A stretch of 64,000 nt of DNA, from positions 26,662,001 to 26,726,000 of the forward strand of contig NC_087436.1 in the NCBI RefSeq assembly GCF_036321535.1, written 5' to 3'. The position numbers were made by a program, and so were the translations under genes. Of the stretch, positions 13,030-24,569 are shown one piece after another (the stretch's first letter is position 1; each line of letters begins with the position of its first letter). This stretch comes from Camelus dromedarius. Its lineage: Eukaryota. The notes below the pieces were generated by a model, which made no database searches, was not told where the DNA came from, and saw only the letters and a list, made by a program, of their open reading frames with translations.

Positions 13030-13560
13030 TTGGTATTCTCAGACTGGGCAAATCAGTAAATATATTGTAGATAATGAAATCCAGTTTTTTACTGTCAGAG
13101 AACCTGTCAGGGAAAGTAGTTACAAATAAAGAAGGGGGTGGGGGCGATGGCTTAAGTGCACCCTGTGGTGTTTGAGATACTCTGAACTCAGAGGTTTTGA
13201 TCAATATACAGACTGAGATTAAAATAGAAAAGGATGCACATGTATGTGTCTACACAAATTTCATGTTTCCAAGCTCTGTACACTGAGAAAGCTTTGGTGC
13301 AATGACACCCCAGTAGTATTAAGCATCCCTTTGCTTGGTTTGTATATGTATTCTCCACTAAAAGGAACCAGAGATCCTTGGGGAAATAACTGATTCATTG
13401 TTATTATTGTGCTTGGCCAACTAATTCTAATATGCATATGGAAGCTAAAAGAGCCACAGATTATCACAAGGTTTCTGCAAAATGAAAACTTAGACATCAA
13501 GAAATTATACACTACATTGAGTCTGTATTTGATAAATAAATGAATAAAACAGTCAAAGAG
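13030..13560 (+). mobile_element. Ancient L1 (L1MC/MD-like) fragments
   Basis: AATGACACCCCAGTAG and TTCTCCACTAAAAGGAACCAGAGATCCTTGGGGAAAT, followed by decayed ORF2-like sequence. Confidence 0.65.
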
Positions 13561-13561
13561 A

Positions 13562-13698
13562 CTACATACACACACCTATATATGTATATATACACACATA
13601 CATATACACAGGCATTCATACAGGTATGTATATATGTGTGCATATGTATCTATGTATGTATGTGATGCATGTACACACACATGTATCTGGTATATATC
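13562..13698. repeat. Compound (CA)/(TA)/(TATG) microsatellite
   Basis: Directly visible. Confidence 0.9.
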
Positions 13699-13919
13699 CA
13701 GTGTTGCCTACCAGCAGGGAAGAAATGATCTAATCTACACAATCTTTATATATGAGCACATACCATGTTATCCATTTCAAAATTAATTTATATTCCAAAT
13801 ATTTATTGAAACACACACACACTATGGGTACTGTAACTGAAATATAGAGTAATAAGTAGTATCCACTGAGGGCCAGTTATGGGCTAAACACCCATCAAAA
13901 CTTTTTTTTTTTCTTACAG

Positions 13920-14008
13920 TGTGGCATACTATCAGAAGATGCATACATAGTTTGAGACTTAGTGAAGGGCACACTTACTTCAGAATGTCAAAATCAAAAG
14001 AATTCCAG
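13920..14008 (+). other. Candidate exon A (89 nt) of an unidentified spliced transcript
   Basis: Acceptor T-run + CTTACAG|; donor CAG|GTAACT. Based on splice signals only. Confidence 0.3.
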
Positions 14009-14429
14009 GTAACTATTTTAGTGAACAAACTAGACTTGTAGGATATGAAGGAAAAAGCAATTGCATTCTTTAAAGCACCTCCTTTTAACCACTCTGTCCT
14101 GGAGATTTATCAAAAAAATCCCAAGGCACTTTCATTTCTTATTAGATAGTCTAATTACTTCAGGTTTTTTGTTTTTCTTTTCCGAACAATGGAATGTGGT
14201 CAAATCTAAACACACCATACTGTCTGATGCAAACTAGAACTTCTGCCTTATTTCCATAATCTCAAAAGCCTGCAATGAGAAAGGGGGGGAGGGGGCGTAA
14301 ATATGGTCCAGTGATTTTTTTATTTTTTATTAGTCAGCTGTCTTTTGTATTTGTTTTACTCTTGCTCCATAATTCTGACTTCTCTTCTCCCCCAAACCCC
14401 ACCTTTCTGTGTACTTCTTGCTTCTCTAG

Positions 14430-14520
14430 GATTTTGAATATGAGAGGATAGATGGATAGTCGGACATGTCTTACATGGTTGATGATGCTGAATTACCCCA
14501 CTTACATTCAGTTATTTCAT
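14430..14520 (+). other. Candidate exon B (91 nt) of an unidentified spliced transcript
   Basis: CTGAC branch-like motif at 14375, a long pyrimidine tract and CTCTAG|G acceptor; donor CAT|GTGAGT. Confidence 0.35.
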
Positions 14521-17054
14521 GTGAGTGTTCTCTAAGGACTTCGCTCATCTCTCCTCTGCCTTTTCCTGTTTAGGTCACATCTCCACTAACTAGCAACTTA
14601 TAACTCTATCAGTCCTGGACTTCCCAGGGGCCCACCCATGCTGAATCTTTCTGTCTAGGTAACTTTGCCCTTCCAATCTAGCCTCTTGACCACAGTTCTT
14701 TCCAAAAGGAATTGAGTCCTAGCCTCTTTCTGTTAGGTCCACGCATGATCAGCAGGACTGAGCCCTTTCCCCAGCACCTCGGTGAGTGTAGCTGGCTCCT
14801 CCATGCCTCTTTCTTCATCCAGACATCAGAGGCAGCTAAAGCCATTGTTGTGCCTTTGGAATTTTCACAGGGAAGTCAGACTTTTCCGAGTCTTTTGCAT
14901 CCCTAAAATGTCCAGAAGGCACAAGCCAGGATCTTTCAACGTATTCTCTGCTCCTTTCCTCTCGAAGCACCAGAGCAAATAAAACCTCACAAGGGTGGAG
15001 AGGTCAGTCTCACTTCCCTGCAAGCTTTCCCATGCCCTATACATGCTTTTCCTGGGGAAAAAAAACAGGTAAAAAAAAAGACAATCCTACTTTATATCAC
15101 ATTATTTTTTACAAAGGTGTCTGACTATGGTCATGTTAGTAATGGCAACTGTAAGGTTTTGGACAGAATCATGATATAACCAGAGGCATACTTGTAACAA
15201 CAATGGTAAGCATCCCGCTATTTCTATTTAAACTTTTCTAAATCAATAACCTCAACCTGTTCTTGGTTGAAGAGTAGCAGTTTGCTATTGTTCAGTTGGT
15301 TGCTGGGTTATAGTGGACTTTGAGGTATAAGACTACTAGAAGCAGTGTAGCAGAGGAGAGATTTCTGCAACTGATCATTTGTTTTCTGAAGACCAAAATA
15401 TTTATTTTCACATAGACTTTAATTTCTGGTACAACAGCTGCATTTGTCTAAATAATGTGATTTGCAAAATATTTTCTTTTTACGGATCCACTAGACTTTG
15501 CCAGTTTTCATTTGCCAGAGGTTAGACTTTTAATGTTTTAATGATATTTACTAAAATATTCTAATTCATATGAACATTATTGAATTGACAAGTTTTCTAA
15601 GATTACTAGCTGTGTCTGTAATCCGGCATTAAAGTCTTCTGATTTTAATCTCCAGAAGGCTTGAAAAATAATAAAAGCAAGAACTCTTATGGCGTGGGCT
15701 TAAATCCTTTTTATTATAATTGAATTAGTTCCCCTATCTTGGCCTAGACAAGCCTTTGTTATTTTCTGTTAAGCTTTCAAAAGTGGCTTGCATTATGTAA
15801 TCAGAGAGATAAGAAATAAAATAGACCCTTTACTTAACAATATTATTTTTAAAAAGCACCACTGATTTAGTCTATAAAACACTGTTGACAAAATAGATTA
15901 ATAACAATGAAAAAGGCTGGATTGAAAGGAGTGATTGCTGAGCTTTCATTTACATTTAAATTTAGACAAAGATAGCTAAAGTGTCTTGTTGCCTAAAATT
16001 ACCTTGTTCAAATCTTTCCCATTAGAAAGAATGATATTTTCAAATCAAACAGATGAGTTTGCTGCTCACAGAGATGAGGCCTCGTCTATGAAAATTTCTC
16101 ATTATTATAACAAGATGATACTCTATTTAAATGTAGCAATAGAATTCCACTTTTCATTCTGTTCTTTACTTGATGAAGGAGTTTTCACTGATGTATGCTT
16201 CTCCAGACTTCAAAAGTTGGTAAGAAAACTAAATCAGCCTGAGGAAAATCAGGCGAAAGGGGGTATTTTTTTTTTTTTTTTCATTCTACCTGTGCCTGGC
16301 AGCAAACCCTGTGTTAGCTTGGACTTAAAGTGGACGTTGTAACTCTCACTGCAGTTCCTTTAATTCTTAATTTCCCGATCAGCTGCATAGTCAGAGGATT
16401 GAGCCAGGCTATTTACACAGTTCAGGGGAACTTCCACTTGCAAGATGCAGAAAGATGCACAAATGTAAATATTTTATAAGTTAAAATAAACTCCAGTCAA
16501 AGAGTTAATATTTGGAGGCTATGATGGTCACAGTGAGCACAAGTTTTCATAGATATTTTACTGGGAAAAATATCACAATTTTCAGGACACATTTGATAAG
16601 AAAAAAAGGCTTTGGCAAAATCGCTCTCTTTAAGTTAAATTTGCTAACAATCTTGTACAGACCAGACCCTATACTTATTTTTAAAATCCCAAGGCAATGA
16701 GCTATGTATCAAAATAGGTTGACATAGACAGAGAGGCTTACTTCAGAAGATGGAACTGATCTGAGCACTGGGCAGAAGGACATGGGAAAGAATCAGACTG
16801 GAAGGAGGGCCACTGCCCCTTCGTGGATCTTTTTCATGCAGCACCAGAGGCGGCCAAAGCCTCTGTACCTCCGTGCAGGAAGACTTACATGGAAATTGGA
16901 TGACATGTTAAGAGGGCAATGAAAAAAAATTACCTTTAGGTGAAAGCGTACATCCCAGAGAAGTGTGGAGAAGGTGGTTACATAGGTCAAGTAGGGGAAG
17001 AACCTTAGGATGCTCTCAAGTCAGGTGTGATACAGAAACATGCCAGAGCCAACA

Positions 17055-17260
17055 GCAAGTACTAACACACACTGAGGGTCTACAATAGGTCAAACACTAT
17101 GCTGGAAACTAAGTGTAAATTACCTCTTTCATTTCATAACTACCTAATGCCACAAGTATTGCTATTATCTCATTTTATTAGTGAAGGAAAAGAGTCTTAG
17201 GCGTGGTTAAATATTTTCCAAGGCTAAAATATTAGTATGTGGTCTGCTATGAACTCAGTA
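17055..17260 (-). mobile_element. MIR
   Basis: ACTGAGGGTCTACAATAGGTCAAACACTATGCT ... TATTATCTCATTTTATTAGTGAAGGAAA ... GGTTAAATATTTTCCAAGG. Confidence 0.7.
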
Positions 17261-17627
17261 TCTTGTCTAGTTAACTCACCACTTGGAGTTACTTTCGACA
17301 GTCTTTTGCACGAGGTGGACATTCCATAAACAGTTTTTATTGTTATAATTAATGCCACTGTCACAATTACTCCATTGCTAATTGGTGATGCTTAGTGGCA
17401 AAACCAGAAATAGAGTTTTGTCTGACATCCTCTCCAATGAATGAATTTCTACCTAACAATAGACAGTCCCCTACAATAAAGACTGCTCCTATTACACAAA
17501 CTACAACAATTTTAATGCATTGTTCACCTGTTGTAGGTAATGTAAATTACATAAAGGATATTATATAAAATGTAATTATTACAGCAATCATATTAGATTA
17601 TTATCTCCATTAAAAAAAGAAAAATGT

Positions 17628-17845
17628 AACCTTACTGAGTACTTAACAAGTACAAGGCACTATGATAAGCACTTCATATGCATTTTTATCCTCCAAATAA
17701 TACTGTATCCTATTCTTTTTTTAAAATTGAAGTATAGTTGATTTAGGATGTTGTGCGCTGTATCTCATTCTTATTACAATGACAACTAAAGAGGATTTAA
17801 ATTCTGCCCAATGTTACATTGCTAATAAAGGACTAAATTGAGACT
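17628..17845 (-). mobile_element. MIR interrupted by a tiny L1 insertion
   Basis: TTACTGAGTACTTAACAAGTACAAGGCACTATGATAAGCACTT ... TGCCCAATGTTACATTGCTAATAA. Confidence 0.7.
17718..17757 (-). mobile_element. ~40 bp extreme 3' end of LINE-1 with a 15 bp target-site duplication
   Basis: T-run + AAAATTGAAGTATAGTTGATTTAGGATGTTGTG, flanked by CTGTATCCTATTCTT and CTGTATCTCATTCTT. Confidence 0.85.
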
Positions 17846-17999
17846 TAGCAAAATTATATATACTGCATAAAGTAACATAGCTATTCAGTGAATTAGGATA
17901 CAGAAGCACAGAGATGGAATAACTTCCCAAGGTGGAAAGAATAAACAGAAAATAGAGCTAGAATTCAAACTGACAATTAGCTGAGAGATTTCATGGTGA

Positions 18000-18330
18000 G
18001 AACAGGAGTAACAAAAATGACCAAATTGATGGCCTTGTAGTTGTGAAACTTACAGGGAAGTTGTGGGAACAGCTTTGGATCCAATAATAATACAAATAAC
18101 TACAAAATTACATCACATCTAGTAGAAAGAGGAGACCCACGGTTCTGTGCAATGTTTCGGTGGGAGTGTACACCTAATCAGAAAGGTCAGGGAAGGAAGA
18201 CTTCCCTGATGAAAAGTGACTGAGTAGGTTTTGAGGGAACGAGTGAAATAGGCAAGTGGAGGAGATTTGAAAGTTCTGAAAAGTTCTCTATTTAGGTAGA
18301 GAATTTGAAACACTGAGAAAATGCATAGCT
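18000..18330 (-). mobile_element. L2 fragment
   Basis: Purine-rich; GGTCAGGGAAGGAAGACTTCCCTGATGAAAAGTGACT is typical of antisense L2. Confidence 0.6.
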
Positions 18331-18654
18331 ATTTGTTTTGTTCCCACCATAACACTTTATCATTATTTGAGTTAAAAACAAAAGGAACTCATGTTGTTCT
18401 AGAAATGGGATAACTGGGTAGAAGTTGAAGCCAGGGGAGCACTTCCTTCTAATATATCTAATATATCAATCTAATATATTACTCTCCCCAGAAACCCCAG
18501 GTGGGTTTCTGTTCAACAAATTTGTCAGATTATGAGTCTGTACAATGTTGCCAAAAATTATATTAAAACAGCTGTGTTCAGAAAGCATGTCTCTACCATC
18601 AAGGTCAGACAGGGAACTTTCCTCAAACTGGATTTTCAGGGGACATTTACAAAG

Positions 18655-19080
18655 TATCTGCCAGGAACTGGTCAGGAGAACCCAGAACCCTATGAACTCA
18701 CTTGACATTTCATTCACAGAAATTTAATGCCATGAGTTGGGTGACAAAACTGTCAGAAAAGACAGACAGGTTAAGAAAGGGCCCAGGGCAGTCTTATCCA
18801 AAGACCAGAAGATACAGGAAAGAAGGCCTTACTGCTGTCTCAGGAGGCCCAGCCATCTGCATCTCCGATGCTCTTGGCTGCTGCAAGAGCATCACGGTTT
18901 CTCTTGCTGTCACTGCAGGCGTGAACCAAGGCGGTGCAGGAGTCCAGCACGGCACCCAGAGAAGGGCTGAGAAGTAGAATAGAGTTGTCCTTGCTCCAGC
19001 CCTCTGACACTGTGCTGGGGACCCCCACTGGCAGAGCCAGCAGGACACTGCTGGCAAAAGACTGTGCTCCTTTCCATGCC
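18655..19080. mobile_element. Probable ancient ERVL/MaLR LTR remnant (GC-richer patch)
   Basis: CCCCCACTGGCAGAGCCAGCAGGACACTGCTGGCAAAAG resembles old MLT1/LTR16-group LTR ends. Family uncertain. Confidence 0.4.
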
Positions 19081-19214
19081 CCTCATATTTCAATTAGCAA
19101 TAGCACTGATTAACAGTTTCCAGTGAAAAAACCAATAGTCCAAAAGCAGAAATGTTTGTTAGGAACAGAACTTGCTACTCATCATAAAACTAAAATTTCA
19201 TAAGATCCAATATC

Positions 19215-19484
19215 CTTTTGGTAAGTTAGCCACAAGGAAGACTGTATGTGACATAATGGTATTTAACACTAGATTTGTATGCATTTATCTATTCATGATA
19301 CTCTAATTTGGACTGGGCTCAGCTTGGAAGTTTTTTTGCTCATCTTGCTTGCAGCTGCCGCCATCTGATGAATTGACTTGTGCTGCATGATCTAAGGTAG
19401 CCACACACATGTCTGGCAGTTAACTGGGTCAGCTGATTGGGACACTTAACATGTTCTCCATGTGGTTCCTACAGCAGGATAGCC
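19215..19484 (-). mobile_element. Old MaLR LTR fragment (MLT1H-like)
   Basis: AATTTGGACTGGGCTCAGCT, CACACATGTCTGGCAGTT and TTCTCCATGTGG. Confidence 0.65.
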
Positions 19485-20117
19485 CTGGAAACTTCATACT
19501 TTGCAAGTGAGAATATAATATGACGCAGCCACTTTGGAAAAGAGTTTTTCAGTTTCTTAACAAGATATATACACATTCACTATACAACAAACCAATCCCA
19601 TTTTTAGGCTCCATCTAAAAGCAATGGAAATATACGACCACACAAATATCTTTATGGGAACAATTTTAGCAGTATCTGTAAAAATAAAAATATTAGAAAT
19701 AACTCAAATGTCCACCTACTGAACAGATAAACAAATGTGGTATATCCAGACAAGGAAATACTATTCAGCAATAAGGAGAAACAAAGCACATCTACCCCAC
19801 AGACAAACTTTAAGAGCATAATGTTTATGAAAGAAGCTCAACACAAAATACTACATTTTGTACGACTGCATTTATACGAAAAGGTAAATCTCTGGATACG
19901 TAAAATAGGTTAGTAGTTGGCTGTAGCTGAAGTAAGAACAAAAAATAACTTCAAACAGGCTCAAAGGATCTTTTTAAATGATGAAAATATTTTAAAATGG
20001 ATTGTAGTACTGGTTGCACAATACTAAATTTATTAAAAGTCACTGAATTATACATATCCTTTTAAAGCAAGTGACTTTCATTGTATGCAAATTGTACCTA
20101 AATAAAGCTATTTAAAA
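19485..20117 (+). mobile_element. Ancient L1 (L1ME-like) 3' end
   Basis: GCAGCCACTTTGGAAAA, GGAAATACTATTCAGCAATAAG and the terminus ATTGTACCTAAATAAAGCT. Confidence 0.85.
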
Positions 20118-20682
20118 TGTGACTTTTTAAAAGTTAAAAGATTGGTTTGAAAAAATCAAAATTCACGATTAGGAGATTTTAAAAATTTCATTAATTAAGC
20201 ACTTTATAGGATCGCTTAGGCCTTTTAGATACTGAGAAAACTGAAAAAAAAAATTAATTTTCTTACTCTTATAGAAGTAAGTGAATATATAAAGCTTTAA
20301 GATTATAATGGCCAGACAGGCCAATCTTGTAGCATGAGGAATCACTGCTGCAGGGGTCTACTTAATGGCATTTCATAGGAAATGTCAAGGTTCCTATGGC
20401 GTGTGAACAGTCGGAAATCTTCTCTACTTGGATTTAAAGTAGTTCTTCCCACTACAATGTAATCAGAGTCTTGGCATTGTTAGAGAAAACGGTCATCCAG
20501 GGACTCAGGTGAGAGAGCATGAACAGCATTAATTGGTCTATTTTACTGGCCCGAATTAGAGCAACCATCTGTGATTGAAGCTCAAAACAGATATGGGGGC
20601 TAAAAGCAGAACAGCTTTCTGAGAGGAGGATTTAGACTGGCCTGTTACAATTACCTTCAACTGCATGGATTAAGTGCTGTAC

Positions 20683-20711
20683 TACACACGCGTGCGCGTG
20701 CACACACACAC
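20683..20711. repeat. Alternating purine/pyrimidine tract (CA/CG/TG)
   Basis: TACACACGCGTGCGCGTGCACACACACAC. Confidence 0.9.
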
Positions 20712-21559
20712 TTGTGCAAACACACGCACGAAGGCAACATCTATCAGTTTGGAAGAAAATTCTTTCCCATATTTTTATAAAGCACAAATTAGAGAAGTCT
20801 TCTAAAGAAATTGTTACTCTCCTAGACCAGGTAAACTGTTCAACTGTGTCATCAAGACTCTACTGCCTAAAGCAGGAAAATTGAAGAAAGCAGCACCATT
20901 ATCCAATTTCGTCCTGTCGAGGCACAGTTCTCACATGTTCTGTTATACTAATAGGGAGCCCAGTATTCACAGGTTGTACCCTAAGTAGTAATATTTTAAG
21001 TTTTTGCCTCTGCTGTGCAAAATGTCAGGGGCCTAGAGACAGTATATTCAGTGCCTTCTTTTATTATTAAGATATTTATGGCAAAATATTTATCTATTTT
21101 TTTAGTATTTTCATCTGAACTGATTGCTAGCTCATCAGTTTACTGAAAATGGTCAAACCAATATTTATGCTGTCATAGCCAAGTGCTGAATTGTAATAAG
21201 ATTATTTCAATAATGTTTTGTCAGACTACCCAAAAATAAATCAACCAGAATTTACACGTAACACATAAATGTCCCATCAAATATTCAGTAGAAATATTTT
21301 GAATAAAAATAACCTAGTTTTAAGTATTTTATAAATGTTGGGACTACCAAAATCTCACATTTAAAGGTAATCAATCTTTCATTTCAAAAAAGCATAATTT
21401 AAAACAATTTTGTTTGCTGTATTGCTTTGTTATGAGGAAATAACAATCTTAAAATGTGAAAGGAAATAATGGCATATGCAATGTGAAGTACAAAGAAAGA
21501 AGAAAGTTTTGGAAAGTTAGAATTTAAAATGTTATTTTAGAAACAGAGCTAGAAGAACA

Positions 21560-21745
21560 ATAGGGTGTTGGGAGCATTCAGTGAGAATCATTCTGGGGAG
21601 CTTTTCAAAACTACTGAGCCCCAGTTCCTATCCTACGCCAATTAAGCAAGAATTCCTAAAAGTGTGGCCCATGCATCAGAATAAATATTATAAATATTCT
21701 CAGAAGGATTATGATATGCTAACTGGGTTCAGACTCACTTCCTAA
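21560..21745. mobile_element. MER5-like hAT-Charlie non-autonomous element
   Basis: AGAATCATTCTGGGGAGCTTTTCAAAACTACTGAGCCC ... CCAATTAAGCAAGAATT ... GATTATGATATGC. Confidence 0.65.
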
Positions 21746-22216
21746 TCTAGACCATACTGTCTTCAACAACTTAGAATGATATAGCAAAATAGGTTTGTTT
21801 TAAAATTATCTTTTATGCTTACTTTTCTGCAAATTTTGCTACGTTACATTGCCTTTTGTATTTGACAGTTACCTATTTTCATATCGCCCTACTTAACCTT
21901 CAAGTGAGATGCAATGAGGTTGATGATATAGATTTTAATCTTTTAAAAATGTAACTTTAAGTTAAATGACATTAACAGCAGTAATTCAATTTTGTGACAG
22001 ACATAAAATATGAGAAATATTCCTTCCTTTAATCAAAAACATTTATAGAACCCTTACTTCTACTTTTAGAGATACAGAGATGAAGGGGCCAAGTTTCCAC
22101 ATTCACTCCTCATTCTTGATATGATGATAGACAACAAATAAGTACATAATATTTCAGGTGATAAGTTGCTGTGAAAAAACTTAAGTAGTGTAAAAAGTGA
22201 CAGGCACACTTAGATA

Positions 22217-22577
22217 TGTTAAAAGATCAACCGAGGCTTGTTAAAAATTTCAATTTTTTTTTTTTTTTTTTTTTTGAGAAAAACTGATTCAAATTGGGCA
22301 GTGCCAAACTGGAAATGGTAAGGAGTGCTCCACCTGGCAGGAGCTCAGGGAAAGATGATAGAAAAACGGCCAAAGCAAAGCAAGGACATTATTTGACTGG
22401 CTATAACTTAAGCTGTTGCAGTTTGGAGAAAGCCGAGTTGACTATTGTGATTGGTTGTCCTTAGATTTGGGTTTCTTAACCTTGAAGCATTTACAGGCTT
22501 AGGTTTTATTTTGCTTATGGAGGCTACAAAGGCATTAAAGCCACATCATGCTAAAGGCCTCCTTGTTTAATTTAACA
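22217..22577 (-). mobile_element. ERV1 (MER4-group-like) solo LTR inserted in an L2
   Basis: 361 bp with inverted termini TGTTAAA...TTTAACA. L2-like sequence resumes on both sides (ACTTAGATA | TAGTGTGCTTAGGGAATGCCTGTCTGA). Confidence 0.8.
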
Positions 22578-24402
22578 TAGTGTGCTTAGGGAATGCCTGT
22601 CTGAACAGCCACATTTGATCAGCGTGGGTTAACAGTTCTAGTTCAAAAAGTTACTTTTCCAAATAACTATCCAGCAGTATCTGTGTTTCTCTCTGTGCAG
22701 ATTCTAGTGTGCATTGATCTGTTAACTATATTCCTGTGCTATCATTAACAACTACAATAAAGTACTTTGATTGCCATGTCTTAGTCAATGTAATGGCAAT
22801 CTTTCAGAAAATGAATTTCACTAGGATTTTAAAACTTATTTTTGAAATCAAGACAAAGCTATTTTGATGGATTCTAAGCAACGTATTAAGATGAAGTCCG
22901 AACCTTTGTGTTGATCTGATACCTAGTAGCTCTTGCTAAGTGTCCACCTGCCTTCCAGGCCTTCCCATTCTACTATACGTAGACTAGCATTTACCCAATT
23001 TTCCTGTGCCCTTTCAATGGGCAGTTTTTCAGGCAATGGTAGAAAATAGTGAGGAATATGGGAGAAAGAATGACATGAAAGCTGAAAGATAGCCATTGAC
23101 ATTTTTATATATATAAAATAGTATTGTATTCCATGACAATCTTACCCTAAAAATATGTAGCCTATGCTAGTTATTTCTTAGGTGGTGTAGCTCATGATAA
23201 AAGTAAAATGGAAAATAATTATGCTGTCACATTATGTTCTTATATTATTATAAAGACAACCATATTAACTAAATTAACACATAAATCTGTTCAAATGTGC
23301 ATAATACAAGGAATGCATTATCAGTCTAATTCAAAATGTATAGAATTAATTACATTTTCCCTCTATTTTCCAAATAGTTTATTTTCAAATAGTTTACTTG
23401 GTATTTTATTTGTAAATTACAGAGCTATATCAGACAACACTGAAAATTCAACGTAACTTATGTAACATTTCAATTTAAGGTCAATTATAATAATTTATGC
23501 CTTGAGCAAGTAATTCGGTATTCATGCAGTCTTCAAATACAAATGCAAATTTTCCAGAAAATAATTAAATATATGAGCTGAGAGAAAGGAAGGAGGGTAG
23601 TAACTTTTCATTGCTACATTTACTTGAGGTTGAAATTTTAAAATTTAAGATTATAATAAACAGAACTGTTAATGACTGGATGATGATGGTGACAAAGGTA
23701 AGTATACATACATGGTCATGAAATGTTTATATCAAGGCACTTTTAAGAAATAATAGTGGAATAAAAGGAAATAGGCAAGATGGAAACAAGCTGACTTAGA
23801 AGATGGGAGAGGAAAGTTAGTTCCACATTTGAATATTTTCCATGTTTGGATGATTCTAGCTTCTATTCTGGTACAAATGACCAAGGCAGAAGAAAACTCA
23901 TACTGAAATTTGAGGGCAATGTAATATTTTGTGATCTAAGTATGTAGTTATTCTTAAAGACAGAAATGAAGTCAGCAGTGTATAGGAGGATGCTGTGCCT
24001 CTCATAATTAGGAAATGAGAGAAACAAGAAGTTCTTGAAGAAAATAGAGAATGGCCTTTGAGATAGTGGAGAACCAGGATAATATGCTACTATGAAAACC
24101 TAGGAAGAAAAGGTTCCATGGATTTGTGGGAAATAGTCACAAATGCACTAAACTGCAAAAGGAGAAAAGCAATCCAAAAAAATGTCAATTTCTTAGAAAA
24201 TGAATTTCTAAAGTAGCTATCAATCATTTATATGCATTGCAATCTTTATTTTTTAAGAAAAGCAAAATTAATTTTGTATAATAAATTTAGCCTGCCTTCT
24301 TGTTCTTCATATTTTATTTCAAATAACTCCAAATATAAAATCTTAAATAGGATAATCCATAACCCATATTATAGCATGACCTATGATAGTCTATGATTAT
24401 CC

Positions 24403-24569
24403 ATTTTTTAAAATTGAAGTGTAGTTTACAATGTTGTGCCAATTTCTGGTGAAAAGCATAATAGTTCAGTCATACATATACATACCTATATTCCTTTTCA
24501 TATTCTTTTTCATTATAGGTTACTACAAGATATTGAATATATAGCACAGGGAACTATATTCAATATCTT
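24403..24569 (-). mobile_element. Short LINE-1 3' end with a 29 bp 5' inversion and TSD
   Basis: Antisense L1 tail 24403-24540 and inverted piece 24541-24569, flanked by TATGATTATCC and TATGATTATTCC. Confidence 0.9.

Noticed and set aside
14430..14459. DFEYERIDG resembles the YERIDG motif of SNF2/CHD helicases
   Set aside because: It is immediately followed by a stop and no other helicase motif is nearby, so it is probably coincidence.
16793..16990. GC-richer patch with a 65-aa ORF and a CTCF-like GCACCAGAGGCGGC
   Set aside because: There is no recognisable protein or convincing splice pair, and the motif has mismatches at core positions.
18702..19093. Four overlapping ORFs on both strands
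   Set aside because: Higher local GC in a probable old LTR means fewer stop codons. No homology was recognised.
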